Positions 1-11,662 of a DNA stretch of 64,000 nucleotides are shown piece after piece. Source of the DNA: Owenia fusiformis (Eukaryota); the NCBI GenBank assembly GCA_903813345.2, contig CAIIXF020000001.1:44454001-44518000 (forward strand), written 5' to 3'. Under the pieces are notes generated by a model that did no database searches, was not told where the DNA came from, and saw only the letters and a program-made list of their open reading frames with translations. The translations under genes were made by a program, and so were the position numbers. Every line of letters begins with the position of its first letter. Position 1 is the first letter of the stretch.

Positions 1-1365
1 CACGCAGGGTAATTCTTGTTTAACTTTCTAATGGCACGATATAGTGACACGATAATATTTACACATGGTTTTAGCATAACTATGAAGGTATAAATGAGAT
101 GTTGATGTATTTGGTCTTTTTAATTCTTTTATAAAAAATAATGTTTAATTTTTTTGTCTGCTGTGACGGAGCAGTTGCAAATGTGAACTGTGAAAATGCA
201 CCGTCACAGCGGACAAAAAATATTAATATTATTTTTTATAAAAAAATTAAAAAGATCCAATGCATTAATATTTCATTAATACATTCAGAGTTATGGTGAA
301 AACATATGTTAATATTAATATTATTCAAAATGGTCTGTTCGACATCATAAATCTTGGGAAAATCTCACCCGGAAATGTTACAAGATCTGGACTTTACTCA
401 GCTTATCAACAATGATACTAGTATATCTCGAGTTAAATGCCATCTTAACGAGGTCAAAGAAGCATGTATCAGAGCAGATCACGTGGAATGGCACAACAGT
501 CTTTGGGACGATAGTCGTAACCCAAATGGCAACAAATTACGGACATATCGACTGTTTAAAACACATTCCATGCAGCCCGCCCATTATACTTGTATCAACA
601 TGTCAAGGAGTGAACGCAGAGCTATTGCCCAACTTAGAAGTGGAACACTCCCATTGAAGATCGAAACTGGACGATATAACAATACCCCACTCCAGAATCG
701 CCGATGTCACTGTGATAATTTAACTGTTGAGGACGAGTTTCATTTTCTTTTACAGTGCAATAGTTATGAAGAACTGAGAACTCCATTGTTTTTAGATTGT
801 GTTAAGGAAATTCCTGACTTTCACCAGCTTAACCATATTCAACAATTTTGCAATATTATGTCAACACAGAGCCTACAAAGGACACTATCCAAAACACTTA
901 TAAAAATGATTTTAAAAAGACGTACTCTACTGTGATAATTTAACCTTTTATATAGTCATACTGAATCTAGTCTCTCATAGGTCGACACCGGCCGGGCCAG
1001 ACGATTTTAATATTATTGTTTTATAATTGTATGTATTTTAAATGGCGTGAGACATAGATAAAATATAACATATAACATATTATCGTGTCACTATATCATG
1101 CCATTAAAAAATTAAAAAAGAAATGGTACATTTTAGAGTTTGATACTCTGGCGCCGTTTTCAATAGATTTTACTCCTAGCGTTATTAGACTTCAAACAGA
1201 AGTGAAGGTTACACGCAAATGATATATCCATTGCATGGAGTAAGTAATTATCTTTGATATAACGAAACATATGAGTTAAAAAATAAATCGTGAAGCATTC
1301 TTAGTGTTTTTATGAAAAATAGCATGCTCCGTCACAGCGGACAAATCTTTCGATACCAGCCTGTG
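1..1365. mobile_element. Right part of CACAGG-ended long-TIR non-autonomous transposon (duplicate of 8565-10544)
   Basis: Ends ...GATACCAGCCTGTG followed by ATACT; identical to 9180-10544. Confidence 0.9.
318..1078 (+). mobile_element. 5'-truncated CR1/L2-group LINE fragment (ORF2 C-terminus plus 3' UTR) inserted in a TIR arm
   Basis: KLRTYRLFK...QLRSGTLPLKIETGRY...CxC...EDEFHFLLQC..Y..LR is the typical post-RT C-terminal region of these LINEs. It ends in short ATATAAC repeats and interrupts the TIR arm. Confidence 0.8.
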
Positions 1366-2483
1366 ATACTAGGAAACGGATTTCAGTCAAATTGTATATG
1401 CCGTTGCCGAAGGATATAGTAGCTCTGTTCAAGAAAGAATTTTCAAGATGGCGGCTGGATTTTAAAATGGCTGTCATTTTTTGCAAAAAAATGTTATCTT
1501 TGATAACTTAAATACCAGTGAACGGATTTGGCTCAAATTTTATATGCTGATGCCAAGGGACATAGTAGCTCTGTTCGAGAAAGAATTTTCAAGATGATTG
1601 CTGAATTCAAACGGCTGCCATTTTTCATAAAAGAACTTAACGTATTCGTTGATAACTCAAATGCCAATTGATGGATTTAGTTCTTTTATATGTAGATGGT
1701 AAGGGACAATGAACTCTACTAAAGAAAACATTTTCAAGACGGCAACTGAATTTCAAAATGCCGCCATTTTTCATAAAAAAAACATAATCGTTGATGGCTC
1801 ATATTGTATTGCAATATGTATGAATGTATTTAGAATATCTTGTCAGATTGTGACATAGTTTGAAATGTAGTGTAATATACAGATTATATCTAAAACAATT
1901 GTTTGTGTGATTTATATCTGTATAAACACATTTATTTGTTATGTACCAAGAGTAGTTCTAATACATTATGTTAATTGTGACTCGGGTTTAAAGTGAATAT
2001 TTTTTCCAATGGAATAAATATGGCATTAAACCATGATCCCTTTTAATGTTCATGTATATAACATGTTTAACCAGTGCAAAAACGAATTTAGGTGCATGAT
2101 ATTTGCATCTAGATATCACAGATCATACCAATCAACATTTTGGCCAGTTCCAACCCTGGATAAAACAGAAATGTGCATTTGTCAATAGAGATCTCAATTT
2201 TAGTGAAATGCCATTTCATTACACCATGCATTATATCTTTCTGTAATTTGTTTGACAAAAATACACATCTAAAATATACTAGCAATAATTTTTATGTCAC
2301 AACCAAGAAGTGTGACCACCGTTTGTCAACAGAGTGTGTCACAATTGTTACGCTTTCCAGGTAGTGACATATTGTCATGTTAATGCCTTGTTTTTTGTTA
2401 AGCATAAAAAGCAATAGCATTCAGACATCAGATACTTCTTACAGGAAAATTGAAATGGGCTCTTTAATTCTGAAGTCACCTCA

Positions 2484-5400
2484 TTATTTCTTTGAAAAAG
2501 TTAGAAATTTTGAGAAAAAGTGTGTCTTTTTTCTTGAAAGATTTCTGAAAAGTTGCATATGTGTGCCTTGTTTGTCAAGTCCATATCTCTTTAATTGGTT
2601 GTCAGATAGTTTGGAAAAAGCTTTTCCATCAAGATGAGCTGCTTTCATTTGTTGGATAACTGAGTCCTCAATATTTTGCTGTTTGAAAAAGTCAGCCATT
2701 TGGTCAATAGTAAAGTTGTAAAGGTTTCCATCATCTGGAATTGTGGTGTGGCATTCTGGAAGAAAGATATAAACATGATAAACTGTGGTGTTAAGTCGAG
2801 ATATTTTCAAGCTTTGACGATTATAGAGAATAATTTGGGCCCAAAACTTTGTAGGGCCTCAATAAGTGGGCCTTTTTGGGCATTACTTGGCCTTTATTAT
2901 TTTTTATTTAGGATCAGATTGGTTACTTCAATACCAAACAACTGTACCACCCTTGGTATACGCAGCTAACGAAAATTGACCGGTACGGGTCAAAAGCTGG
3001 ACCGGTACGGGTTAACGGTTTTATTTGAATTTAAAACAGCCATAACTTGCTCAATATTGACTTCCTCGTGTCTAATTTGAAATATATGATGCCTCCCGAT
3101 GCGTTTAAGTACCCCAATTTTTTACAGATTTTTAAACGGACCAAAACTCTCTAAATGCGCATTTATGCTCTTTTCTCTCGAGAATGACTGTCTCATTTTC
3201 ACGATAACTTTTATTTAGTACTTCTAACATATAAGATCTATTTTTCCCCATCAAGGTATGATGTAAATGACATGCTATTTACATCTTGTGAGTTTCAATG
3301 ACGCGCGTTTGATTTTATAAAAAATGCCAAACTTTGTGACAAAGAATTTCCTCCTGCTTGCAGCGAGAAGACGGATCGGTTCGGGGCAACAGCTTGCAGC
3401 GAGAAGACGGACCGGTTCGGGGCAATAGCTATAGAAATTCTTTGTCACAAAGTTTAGAATTTATTTAACTTGAATTTTGACTTGAAATTTCATGAGGACC
3501 ACATAGGTCTCCTGACATACAGTCATAGTGTTGGTTCAAGGTATATTTCATTTTTGAGTGAGCACTTTTTGGGCTGTTTTCTCCATGAACACAGGCTGGT
3601 ATCGAAAAATTTGTCCGCTGTGACGGAGCGTGCTATTTTGCATAGAAACACTAAGAAACCCACACAATTTATCTTTTTACTCATATGTTTCGCTATACCA
3701 AAGAAAATTTCTTACTCCATGCAATGGGTATATCATTTGCGGGTAATTTTAACTGTTGTTTGAAGTCCAACAACGCTAAGAGTAAAAGCTATTGAAAACG
3801 GCGCCGGGGTATCATACTCCAAAATGTACCATTTGTTTTATTTCTTTTTAATGGTACAATATAGTGACACGATAATATTTACATATGTTTTCAGCATAAC
3901 TCTGAAGGTATTTATGATATCTTGATGTATTGGGTATTTTTAATATTTTTTATAAAAAATAATGTTTACATTTTTTGTCAGCTGTGACGGAGCAGTTTTA
4001 ACTGTGAACTATGTTAAGAATTTAAGATTCAAATTATATCTTTTAAAAGTACCCTTAAGCCCGGTATAACCAATGGGGCAAAATCCCACTTGCCCCATCG
4101 AGTCCAATCTTGCCCCATCGAATCCCAATTTGCCCCATCGAATCCCACGAGGTCCCATGGGACCTTGATGACTTTGTCCCATCGTGCCCCATGGAGTCCC
4201 ATCAAGTCCCATGGAGTCCAATCAAATCCCACTGTGCCCCATTGGTGTATGTCAGGCTTCGCACAACACGTCATATGATCGAAAATCCCACGATGCCCCA
4301 TGGAAAGAATGAACATGTTCATTCTCGATGGGACTCCATGGGACTTCGTGGGATTTTGCCCCATCTTGCCCCATCGAGTCCCACGTGGGACTTCATGGGA
4401 CCTCATGGGACCTCGTGGGACTCGATGGGGCAAGATGGGGCAAAATCCCACGGAGTCCCATGGAGTCCCAAGGACTTCATGGGGCAAAATCCCAAAAGGT
4501 CCCACGAGGTCCCACGCAATGTTAAGTCTATGGAGGTCCCAACTTGCCCCATTGGTGTATACCGGGCTTTAGAAGAGAGAACGTCACAAATCACTTTCCT
4601 AAATAATGACAAGCAGCATCTTGGAGATATGGGGTAATGTAAATCTGAGATTAAAAACGACCACTCTTAGCATTTTTGGAGGTTTGTACTGAAATCAACA
4701 TGAATCAACATGATGTAAACTCAACATAATATTTCTAATACGTTTTCGTCTAGACGTTTTGAAATGTCACGTGTAGTGTAAATAGGGCTAATATGAATTT
4801 ACTTATTCGAAATAGCGCACAGACATCATGCATTCCGACAGATGTATAACCTTTTACCACATAATATTATATTACTGTATATAAGATGATCCCAATACAG
4901 ATTTAATTTGTAATTATTTGAAATTCATGAAATTCATCGTTTTTCATAGAATAAAATTATAAAAAAAGTCTTTGTGAACATGCTGCACTGTAAAACCTGT
5001 ATCAATGAATATCTGTCTCTAGTGAATACCTCTTCTTATCAAATATTCCTCTGACTTCTGTTTGAAATTGCCTCTATGGAGTGAACATCTAGTGGGAACA
5101 CATTTTTGGGCTCCATATGTATTCACTGTACACATATTTTACTGTAGTTGCATCAGATAGCCATAACTCTTAGTCAAATAAAGAACGATCTTAAAATCAA
5201 ATTTTGCATTTTCGTATTTCAAGATACATTCAACTTACCTTTTGGAACGACTAAAGAGGGTAGAACAATCCACAGTCCATACCATTAAATGTATTTAGCT
5301 TCATAAATCATTTTACTTATATACATTTCAGAATTTGAATTGTGTACTTTTATTACGTTTCATTTTTCAGAATACTTTAAGAAAGAGATTTGACACGCTC

Positions 5401-7515
5401 GCTCCTCTAAAGTTTAGTTGTAAAGAAATATATTATGAATCTAAATTCTTAACGCATTTCAGATTTGAAACTGCTCCGTCACAGCGGACAAAAAAATTAA
5501 TTATTATTTTTTATCAAAAAAATTAAAAATACCCAATACATAAAGATCTCATTAATACCTTCGGAGTTATGCTGAAAACATATGTAAATATTATCGTGTC
5601 GCTATATTGTACCATTAAAAAGAAATAAAAGAAATGGTACATTTTGGAGTATGATACTCCGGCGCCGTTTTCAATAGCTTTTACTCATAGCGTTGTTGGA
5701 TTTCAGACAGAATTTAAAGCTACCCGCAAATGATATATTCATTGCATGGAGTCAGTAATTTTCTTTGATATAGCAAAACATATGAGTAAAAAAATAAATT
5801 GTGTGGATTTCCTAGTGATTCTATGCAAAATAGCACGCTCCGTCACAGCGGACAAATTTTCGATACCAGCCTGTGATGAACAAGCTGAATAAACCAATTA
5901 ACAACACCTACCACCGTCTGTGTAAATCTGATTATCGCCATCAACTACCATTCGAGGAAATGCATTCACAATTTCGTAGTCAACCGTTTCGTAATCGTGG
6001 TCTTGGGCTGCAAGTTCGTTGTATCGTTCAGCTGATAACTTCTCTGGTGCACTGTCCAACTCAGCCAGTTTCACATTTTTGTGCTGAATCTGTGTCATGA
6101 ATGAAACTTGTATATCTGTCCTTGTTGGAAGATGCATAGCCATTTTGTCGTCTGCTAACGATATCATAATTTCGGGTTCTCTGATACAAAAGTCCAGTGT
6201 TATCCTGGTATTTTGTGGCAATATATCCTCGAATCGTGGATCCGGTCTGACAAGTTCAAATTGACTGCCTCTTTTGTAAACCGCATGGGCATTGGTTATG
6301 CTGTATAGGGTTGTGTCTTTGGGGATTGGTTCAAATACACCTTCCATGAATGTTGGGAGACTGACTGGTATTGAGTACATAGCGCCGGGGGATTCTTTCG
6401 TACACAGCAGTACTTCCACCTCCGCATCCCGATGATGTTTTCCTTGTTCGACTCTTTCTAGATGAGATAATCTCCTTCGTGTCAGGTCTAAGACATCCCC
6501 AACGTTAACGGAATCATATGACATATACTTGGCCTCTTTCACTACCAACACACGATCTCCATTGTGCTTCAACAGATCTTCGACGCTGTTGATTTGTTTG
6601 GGACAAGCCCTGAATCGCCCTTGATAAGAAGAGGGAATAATGAAATAGTCGCCATCGCACCAGAGGAGGAATTTCATCCTTTCGTCCTGGTATCCGTGAA
6701 TATCGATTTGCACACCTGGACGAATATTGAGATGTTCAGTGATACTTGTTATCTCATCCCAATCGTGAACTTTAGCCCTGATTGGAAGCAGTTGTTTATT
6801 TGTTTATCAATTGTTTATTGACGTCCAACCTGTGCCTATCACCAGGATATTCCTTCATGGAGTATTCTACCTCCAGGTCGGGTGTAAGCATCGTGACTAA
6901 TCCATCCAGAGGGAGACCTTGGATTTGATTTCGTTCATCTATTACATCGCCTTTCACCAGCTTGAGTTTACGTTCTTTTGGAAATTGATGTACCAAATCT
7001 GACACTGTGTAAAAGTTGTTTAGTTTCTTTGCAGTGAAATGTCCCTCACAGTCCATTGGAAGCTGAACAAGCTTCATTTGTCTAACAAGTTTACATTCTA
7101 ATAACCTCTGCCAATTTTTGCCCACTACAAGTCTGATTAATTTCAAGATCTCATCTTTCTCTAATAGAAAAGCTCCGTCATCGCTTCGCCACGTCTTGTT
7201 ACATTTTACAACAAACGGGCAAACTTCAATCAAATCCTTTACTGTAGTGTACACATGTCCTACTGGGTGGTAATCCAGAATTTGGAATTTTGTTGGATTA
7301 GACTCGTGTATGGCTATTCTATTTTCAATCTTTCTTCCCTTCTCCTTATATACAAGGTTGATCTGTTTTACGTGTACTGAATGTAGATCCAGGACAGTAC
7401 CTGTTGGTAAATCCTCGTCCTCACCACACTGTACACCCCCAGTAACCTTGACACGTTCTGGCAACACATCCTTGTTAATGTCAATAAATTCTCTCAGAGA
7501 AAACGTTGAATCCAT
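2484..7515 (-). CDS. CABIT-CABIT-SAM adaptor protein (THEMIS/GAREM-like), copy 1; junction between the two CABIT regions interrupted, possibly a pseudogene
   Basis: ORF 7515-6796 (FSLREF...LPERVKVTGG...LPMDCEGHF) and frame ~6790-5912 (LLPIRAKV...IPSSYQGRF...LPTFMEGVF) resemble two CABIT domains. A Tyr-motif tail (DHDYETVDYE) follows. The phase-1 donor G|GTAGGT at 5912 fits the acceptor ttccag at 2755 of a SAM-like exon (FTIDQMADFFKQQNI...HLDGKAFSKLSDNQLKRYGL), stop at 2484. Confidence 0.7.
3590..5875. mobile_element. Non-autonomous Transib-like DNA transposon, ~410-bp TIRs, 5-bp TSD ATGAA
   Basis: ATGAA|CACAGGCTGGTATCGAAA ... TTTCGATACCAGCCTGTG|ATGAA; long imperfect inverted arms; lies in the CABIT-SAM intron. 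Confidence 0.88.
4058..4568. mobile_element. PIF/Harbinger-like MITE with internal ~10-bp GTCCCATGGA/GCCCCATCGA repeats, TSD TTA
   Basis: TTA|AGCCCGGTATA-ACCAATGGGGCAA ... TTGCCCCATTGGTGTATACCGGGCT|TTA; explains the stack of spurious overlapping ORFs here. Confidence 0.8.
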
Positions 7516-8813
7516 TTTCGTTCTTTTAAACCTAACTATTTAAGGGCTTAGTTTTAAAACAAAATGTGACATTATAAATCAACGAATTAAGCCCATGTCC
7601 CTCTATTAAACACCTACTTAGTATTAGTACTTCATGTGTTGCTACCACCTTTTTCATTACGTCTTTAGATAACGTTTATTTTGTACACCATATACGGCGA
7701 AAATATAATTTATCAAGATAGTAGTCCTTTAATCTGTTAATGATTGAATTGTAAACATCTCAAGTATTAGGCTATATACCAGATCTATAAAATATGCTTT
7801 TTGGTCAACAGGACCGAAATTTACTAAACTATTATATAGTTCTGTTATGTACATAGTTATAAACGTGGTAAACATTTTCCCTTTTATCTCCTCTAAACGA
7901 GTAGGCTTACTAGTATTCCGAACTCGGTTTCTAAACCAATATACACAATAGTCACAACTGAACTAAAAAGTGCGATAATTGACGTGGTGTAGTTTCAGTT
8001 TCAATTGTGCAGTTTCTGTTTAGTTATGCGTTTTTACTTAAAACAACCTGAAGAAATGTTAAGGAACGACTTAACTTTATTTTTTCGGTTACCGGTGCCT
8101 TATTTATATTTATATTCAGAAATGGGTGCAAAGTGTGTATTGAGCCCGGTATTGAGATGAAATTCCATGAATTATAATGATTATCCCACCGAGCGAAATT
8201 CGAGGGGGATATAGAGAAGCCGCCCGTCCGTTCGTTCGTTCGTTTGCCCGTGTGTCTGGGCAAAAAGTCAAATTCCGGTTGACGAATTTGATTCAAAATT
8301 TTTAGGTTTATGCCTTATGGGGTAAAACCTCTGCTCGAGAAGGAATTTTCATTATGGCAACTCAATTCAAAATGGCCGCCTTTTTCGTAAAAATGTAATC
8401 TTTGATAACTCAAATACTAGTAAACGGATTTGGATCAAATTTTATATGCTATCAAGGGACTAAGGAGCTTTGCTCGAGAAGAAATTTTCAAGATGGCCGC
8501 TGATTTTCAAAATCGCCGCCATTTTTTGTAAAAAAACGTAAACTTTGATAACTTAAATAATACTCACAGGCTGGTATCGAAATATTTGTCCGCTGTGACG
8601 GAGCATGCTATTTTCATAAAAACACTAAGAATACTTCACGATTTATTTTTTAACTCACATGTTTCGTTATACCATACAAAATTACTTACTCCATGCAATG
8701 GATATATCATTTGCGGGTAACTTTCACTTCTGTTTGAAGTCCAATTACGCTGGGAAGAAAAGCTATTGAAAATGGCGCCGGGGTATCATACTTCAAAATG
8801 TACCATTCTTGTT

Positions 8814-9190
8814 TACCCTTTGCATTCGTTTGACTTCACTTCTTAAAAGAGAGCTTCGTCTTCACTCTTTCAAACTAAAATAAACCTGTGAACTCACCGC
8901 GCCAATCAGTGTTCGTCGGCCGCATTTGACCGACGTTCTATATATGGTCATGCCTTCTGACGTCATCGTGGAGCCCGGAATTGACCAATAACATGCGCAT
9001 ATTTAATTAGAACGCATTTGGCGTATGTTTCTTCAAGCTCGCTGATTAGTGGAAGAAAGGTCAGCGCGTAGGTTAGAAGTGTCTAACCTATCTAGTGTCA
9101 CCGGTACCCGTCGTGGGGGCGGGGCTACTAAACTGTAATATGGTCTCTACTAGGCAGAGTGTAGTTTAACTAGACTCTGCACGCAGGGTA
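8814..9190. mobile_element. 377-bp non-autonomous DNA transposon, TACCCT..AGGGTA ends, 9-bp TSD
   Basis: ATTCTTGTT|TACCCT ... AGGGTA|ATTCTTGTT, with subterminal hairpin GCAGAGTGTAGTT/AACTAGACTCTGC. A 9-bp TSD with TA termini is compatible with Academ(H)- or MULE-type elements. Confidence 0.75.
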
Positions 9191-9496
9191 ATTCTTGTTT
9201 AACTTTCTAATGGCACGATATAGTGACACGATAATATTTACACATGGTTTTAGCATAACTATGAAGGTATAAATGAGATGTTGATGTATTTGGTCTTTTT
9301 AATTCTTTTATAAAAAATAATGTTTAATTTTTTTGTCTGCTGTGACGGAGCAGTTGCAAATGTGAACTGTGAAAATGCACCGTCACAGCGGACAAAAAAT
9401 ATTAATATTATTTTTTATAAAAAAATTAAAAAGATCCAATGCATTAATATTTCATTAATACATTCAGAGTTATGGTGAAAACATATGTTAATATTA

Positions 9497-10257
9497 ATAT
9501 TATTCAAAATGGTCTGTTCGACATCATAAATCTTGGGAAAATCTCACCCGGAAATGTTACAAGATCTGGACTTTACTCAGCTTATCAACAATGATACTAG
9601 TATATCTCGAGTTAAATGCCATCTTAACGAGGTCAAAGAAGCATGTATCAGAGCAGATCACGTGGAATGGCACAACAGTCTTTGGGACGATAGTCGTAAC
9701 CCAAATGGCAACAAATTACGGACATATCGACTGTTTAAAACACATTCCATGCAGCCCGCCCATTATACTTGTATCAACATGTCAAGGAGTGAACGCAGAG
9801 CTATTGCCCAACTTAGAAGTGGAACACTCCCATTGAAGATCGAAACTGGACGATATAACAATACCCCACTCCAGAATCGCCGATGTCACTGTGATAATTT
9901 AACTGTTGAGGACGAGTTTCATTTTCTTTTACAGTGCAATAGTTATGAAGAACTGAGAACTCCATTGTTTTTAGATTGTGTTAAGGAAATTCCTGACTTT
10001 CACCAGCTTAACCATATTCAACAATTTTGCAATATTATGTCAACACAGAGCCTACAAAGGACACTATCCAAAACACTTATAAAAATGATTTTAAAAAGAC
10101 GTACTCTACTGTGATAATTTAACCTTTTATATAGTCATACTGAATCTAGTCTCTCATAGGTCGACACCGGCCGGGCCAGACGATTTTAATATTATTGTTT
10201 TATAATTGTATGTATTTTAAATGGCGTGAGACATAGATAAAATATAACATATAACAT
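9497..10257 (+). mobile_element. 5'-truncated CR1/L2-group LINE fragment (duplicate)
   Basis: Identical to 318-1078. Confidence 0.8.
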
Positions 10258-11662
10258 ATTATCGTGTCACTATATCATGCCATTAAAAAATTAAAAAAGA
10301 AATGGTACATTTTAGAGTTTGATACTCTGGCGCCGTTTTCAATAGATTTTACTCCTAGCGTTATTAGACTTCAAACAGAAGTGAAGGTTACACGCAAATG
10401 ATATATCCATTGCATGGAGTAAGTAATTATCTTTGATATAACGAAACATATGAGTTAAAAAATAAATCGTGAAGCATTCTTAGTGTTTTTATGAAAAATA
10501 GCATGCTCCGTCACAGCGGACAAATCTTTCGATACCAGCCTGTGATACTAGGAAACGGATTTCAGTCAAATTGTATATGCCGTTGCCGAAGGATATAGTA
10601 GCTCTGTTCAAGAAAGAATTTTCAAGATGGCGGCTGGATTTTAAAATGGCTGTCATTTTTTGCAAAAAAATGTTATCTTTGATAACTTAAATACCAGTGA
10701 ACGGATTTGGCTCAAATTTTATATGCTGATGCCAAGGGACATAGTAGCTCTGTTCGAGAAAGAATTTTCAAGATGATTGCTGAATTCAAACGGCTGCCAT
10801 TTTTCATAAAAGAACTTAACGTATTCGTTGATAACTCAAATGCCAATTGATGGATTTAGTTCTTTTATATGTAGATGGTAAGGGACAATGAACTCTACTA
10901 AAGAAAACATTTTCAAGACGGCAACTGAATTTCAAAATGCCGCCATTTTTCATAAAAAAAACATAATCGTTGATGGCTCATATTGTATTGCAATATGTAT
11001 GAATGTATTTAGAATATCTTGTCAGATTGTGACATAGTTTGAAATGTAGTGTAATATACAGATTATATCTAAAACAATTGTTTGTGTGATTTATATCTGT
11101 ATAAACACATTTATTTGTTATGTACCAAGAGTAGTTCTAATACATTATGTTAATTGTGACTCGGGTTTAAAGTGAATATTTTTTCCAATGGAATAAATAT
11201 GGCATTAAACCATGATCCCTTTTAATGTTCATGTATATAACATGTTTAACCAGTGCAAAAACGAATTTAGGTGCATGATATTTGCATCTAGATATCACAG
11301 ATCATACCAATCAACATTTTGGCCAGTTCCAACCCTGGATAAAACAGAAATGTGCATTTGTCAATAGAGATCTCAATTTTAGTGAAATGCCATTTCATTA
11401 CACCATGCATTATATCTTTCTGTAATTTGTTTGACAAAAATACACATCTAAAATATACTAGCAATAATTTTTATGTCACAACCAAGAAGTGTGACCACCG
11501 TTTGTCAACAGAGTGTGTCACAATTGTTACGCTTTCCAGGTAGTGACATATTGTCATGTTAATGCCTTGTTTTTTGTTAAGCATAAAAAGCAATAGCATT
11601 CAGACATCAGATACTTCTTACAGGAAAATTGAAATGGGCTCTTTAATTCTGAAGTCACCTCA

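Larger units (their letters stand above)
1..7610. repeat. Tandem segmental duplication, copy 1 (probably continues left of the window)
   Basis: Position 1 matches 9180 onward essentially base-for-base. The offset is 9179, then 9559 after a 380-bp indel, then 10032 after a 473-bp indel. The ORF track is duplicated. Confidence 0.97.
8565..10544. mobile_element. Non-autonomous Transib-like foldback element, 5-bp TSD ATACT, with two nested insertions
   Basis: ATACT|CACAGGCTGGTATCGAAA ... TTTCGATACCAGCCTGTG|ATACT; the arms meet at ~9340-9390. Confidence 0.88.
8181..10985 (+). mobile_element. Helentron-associated (HINE/DINE-1-like) element with internal ~125-bp repeats, interrupted by a Transib-like insertion
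   Basis: TTATCCCACCGA...GGGGGATATA 5' stem, (GTCC/GTTC)n microsatellite, then repeated TTTGATAACTCAAATAC...TTTTCAAGATGGC...CAAAATGGCCGCCATTTT units. Confidence 0.7.

Noticed and set aside
354..935. 193-aa ORF as a captured host gene
   Set aside because: The motifs are those of a LINE ORF2 C-terminus; 5'-truncated and without an ATG start.
3328..3456. Inverted repeat enclosing a 37-bp direct duplication (GCTTGCAGCGAGAAGACGGA...)
   Set aside because: Probably the centre of a degraded foldback element; ends and TSD could not be defined.
4009..4637. Cluster of overlapping ORFs on both strands (also 13568-14196)
   Set aside because: By-product of the ~10-bp internal repeats of a TTA-flanked MITE; no domain signal.
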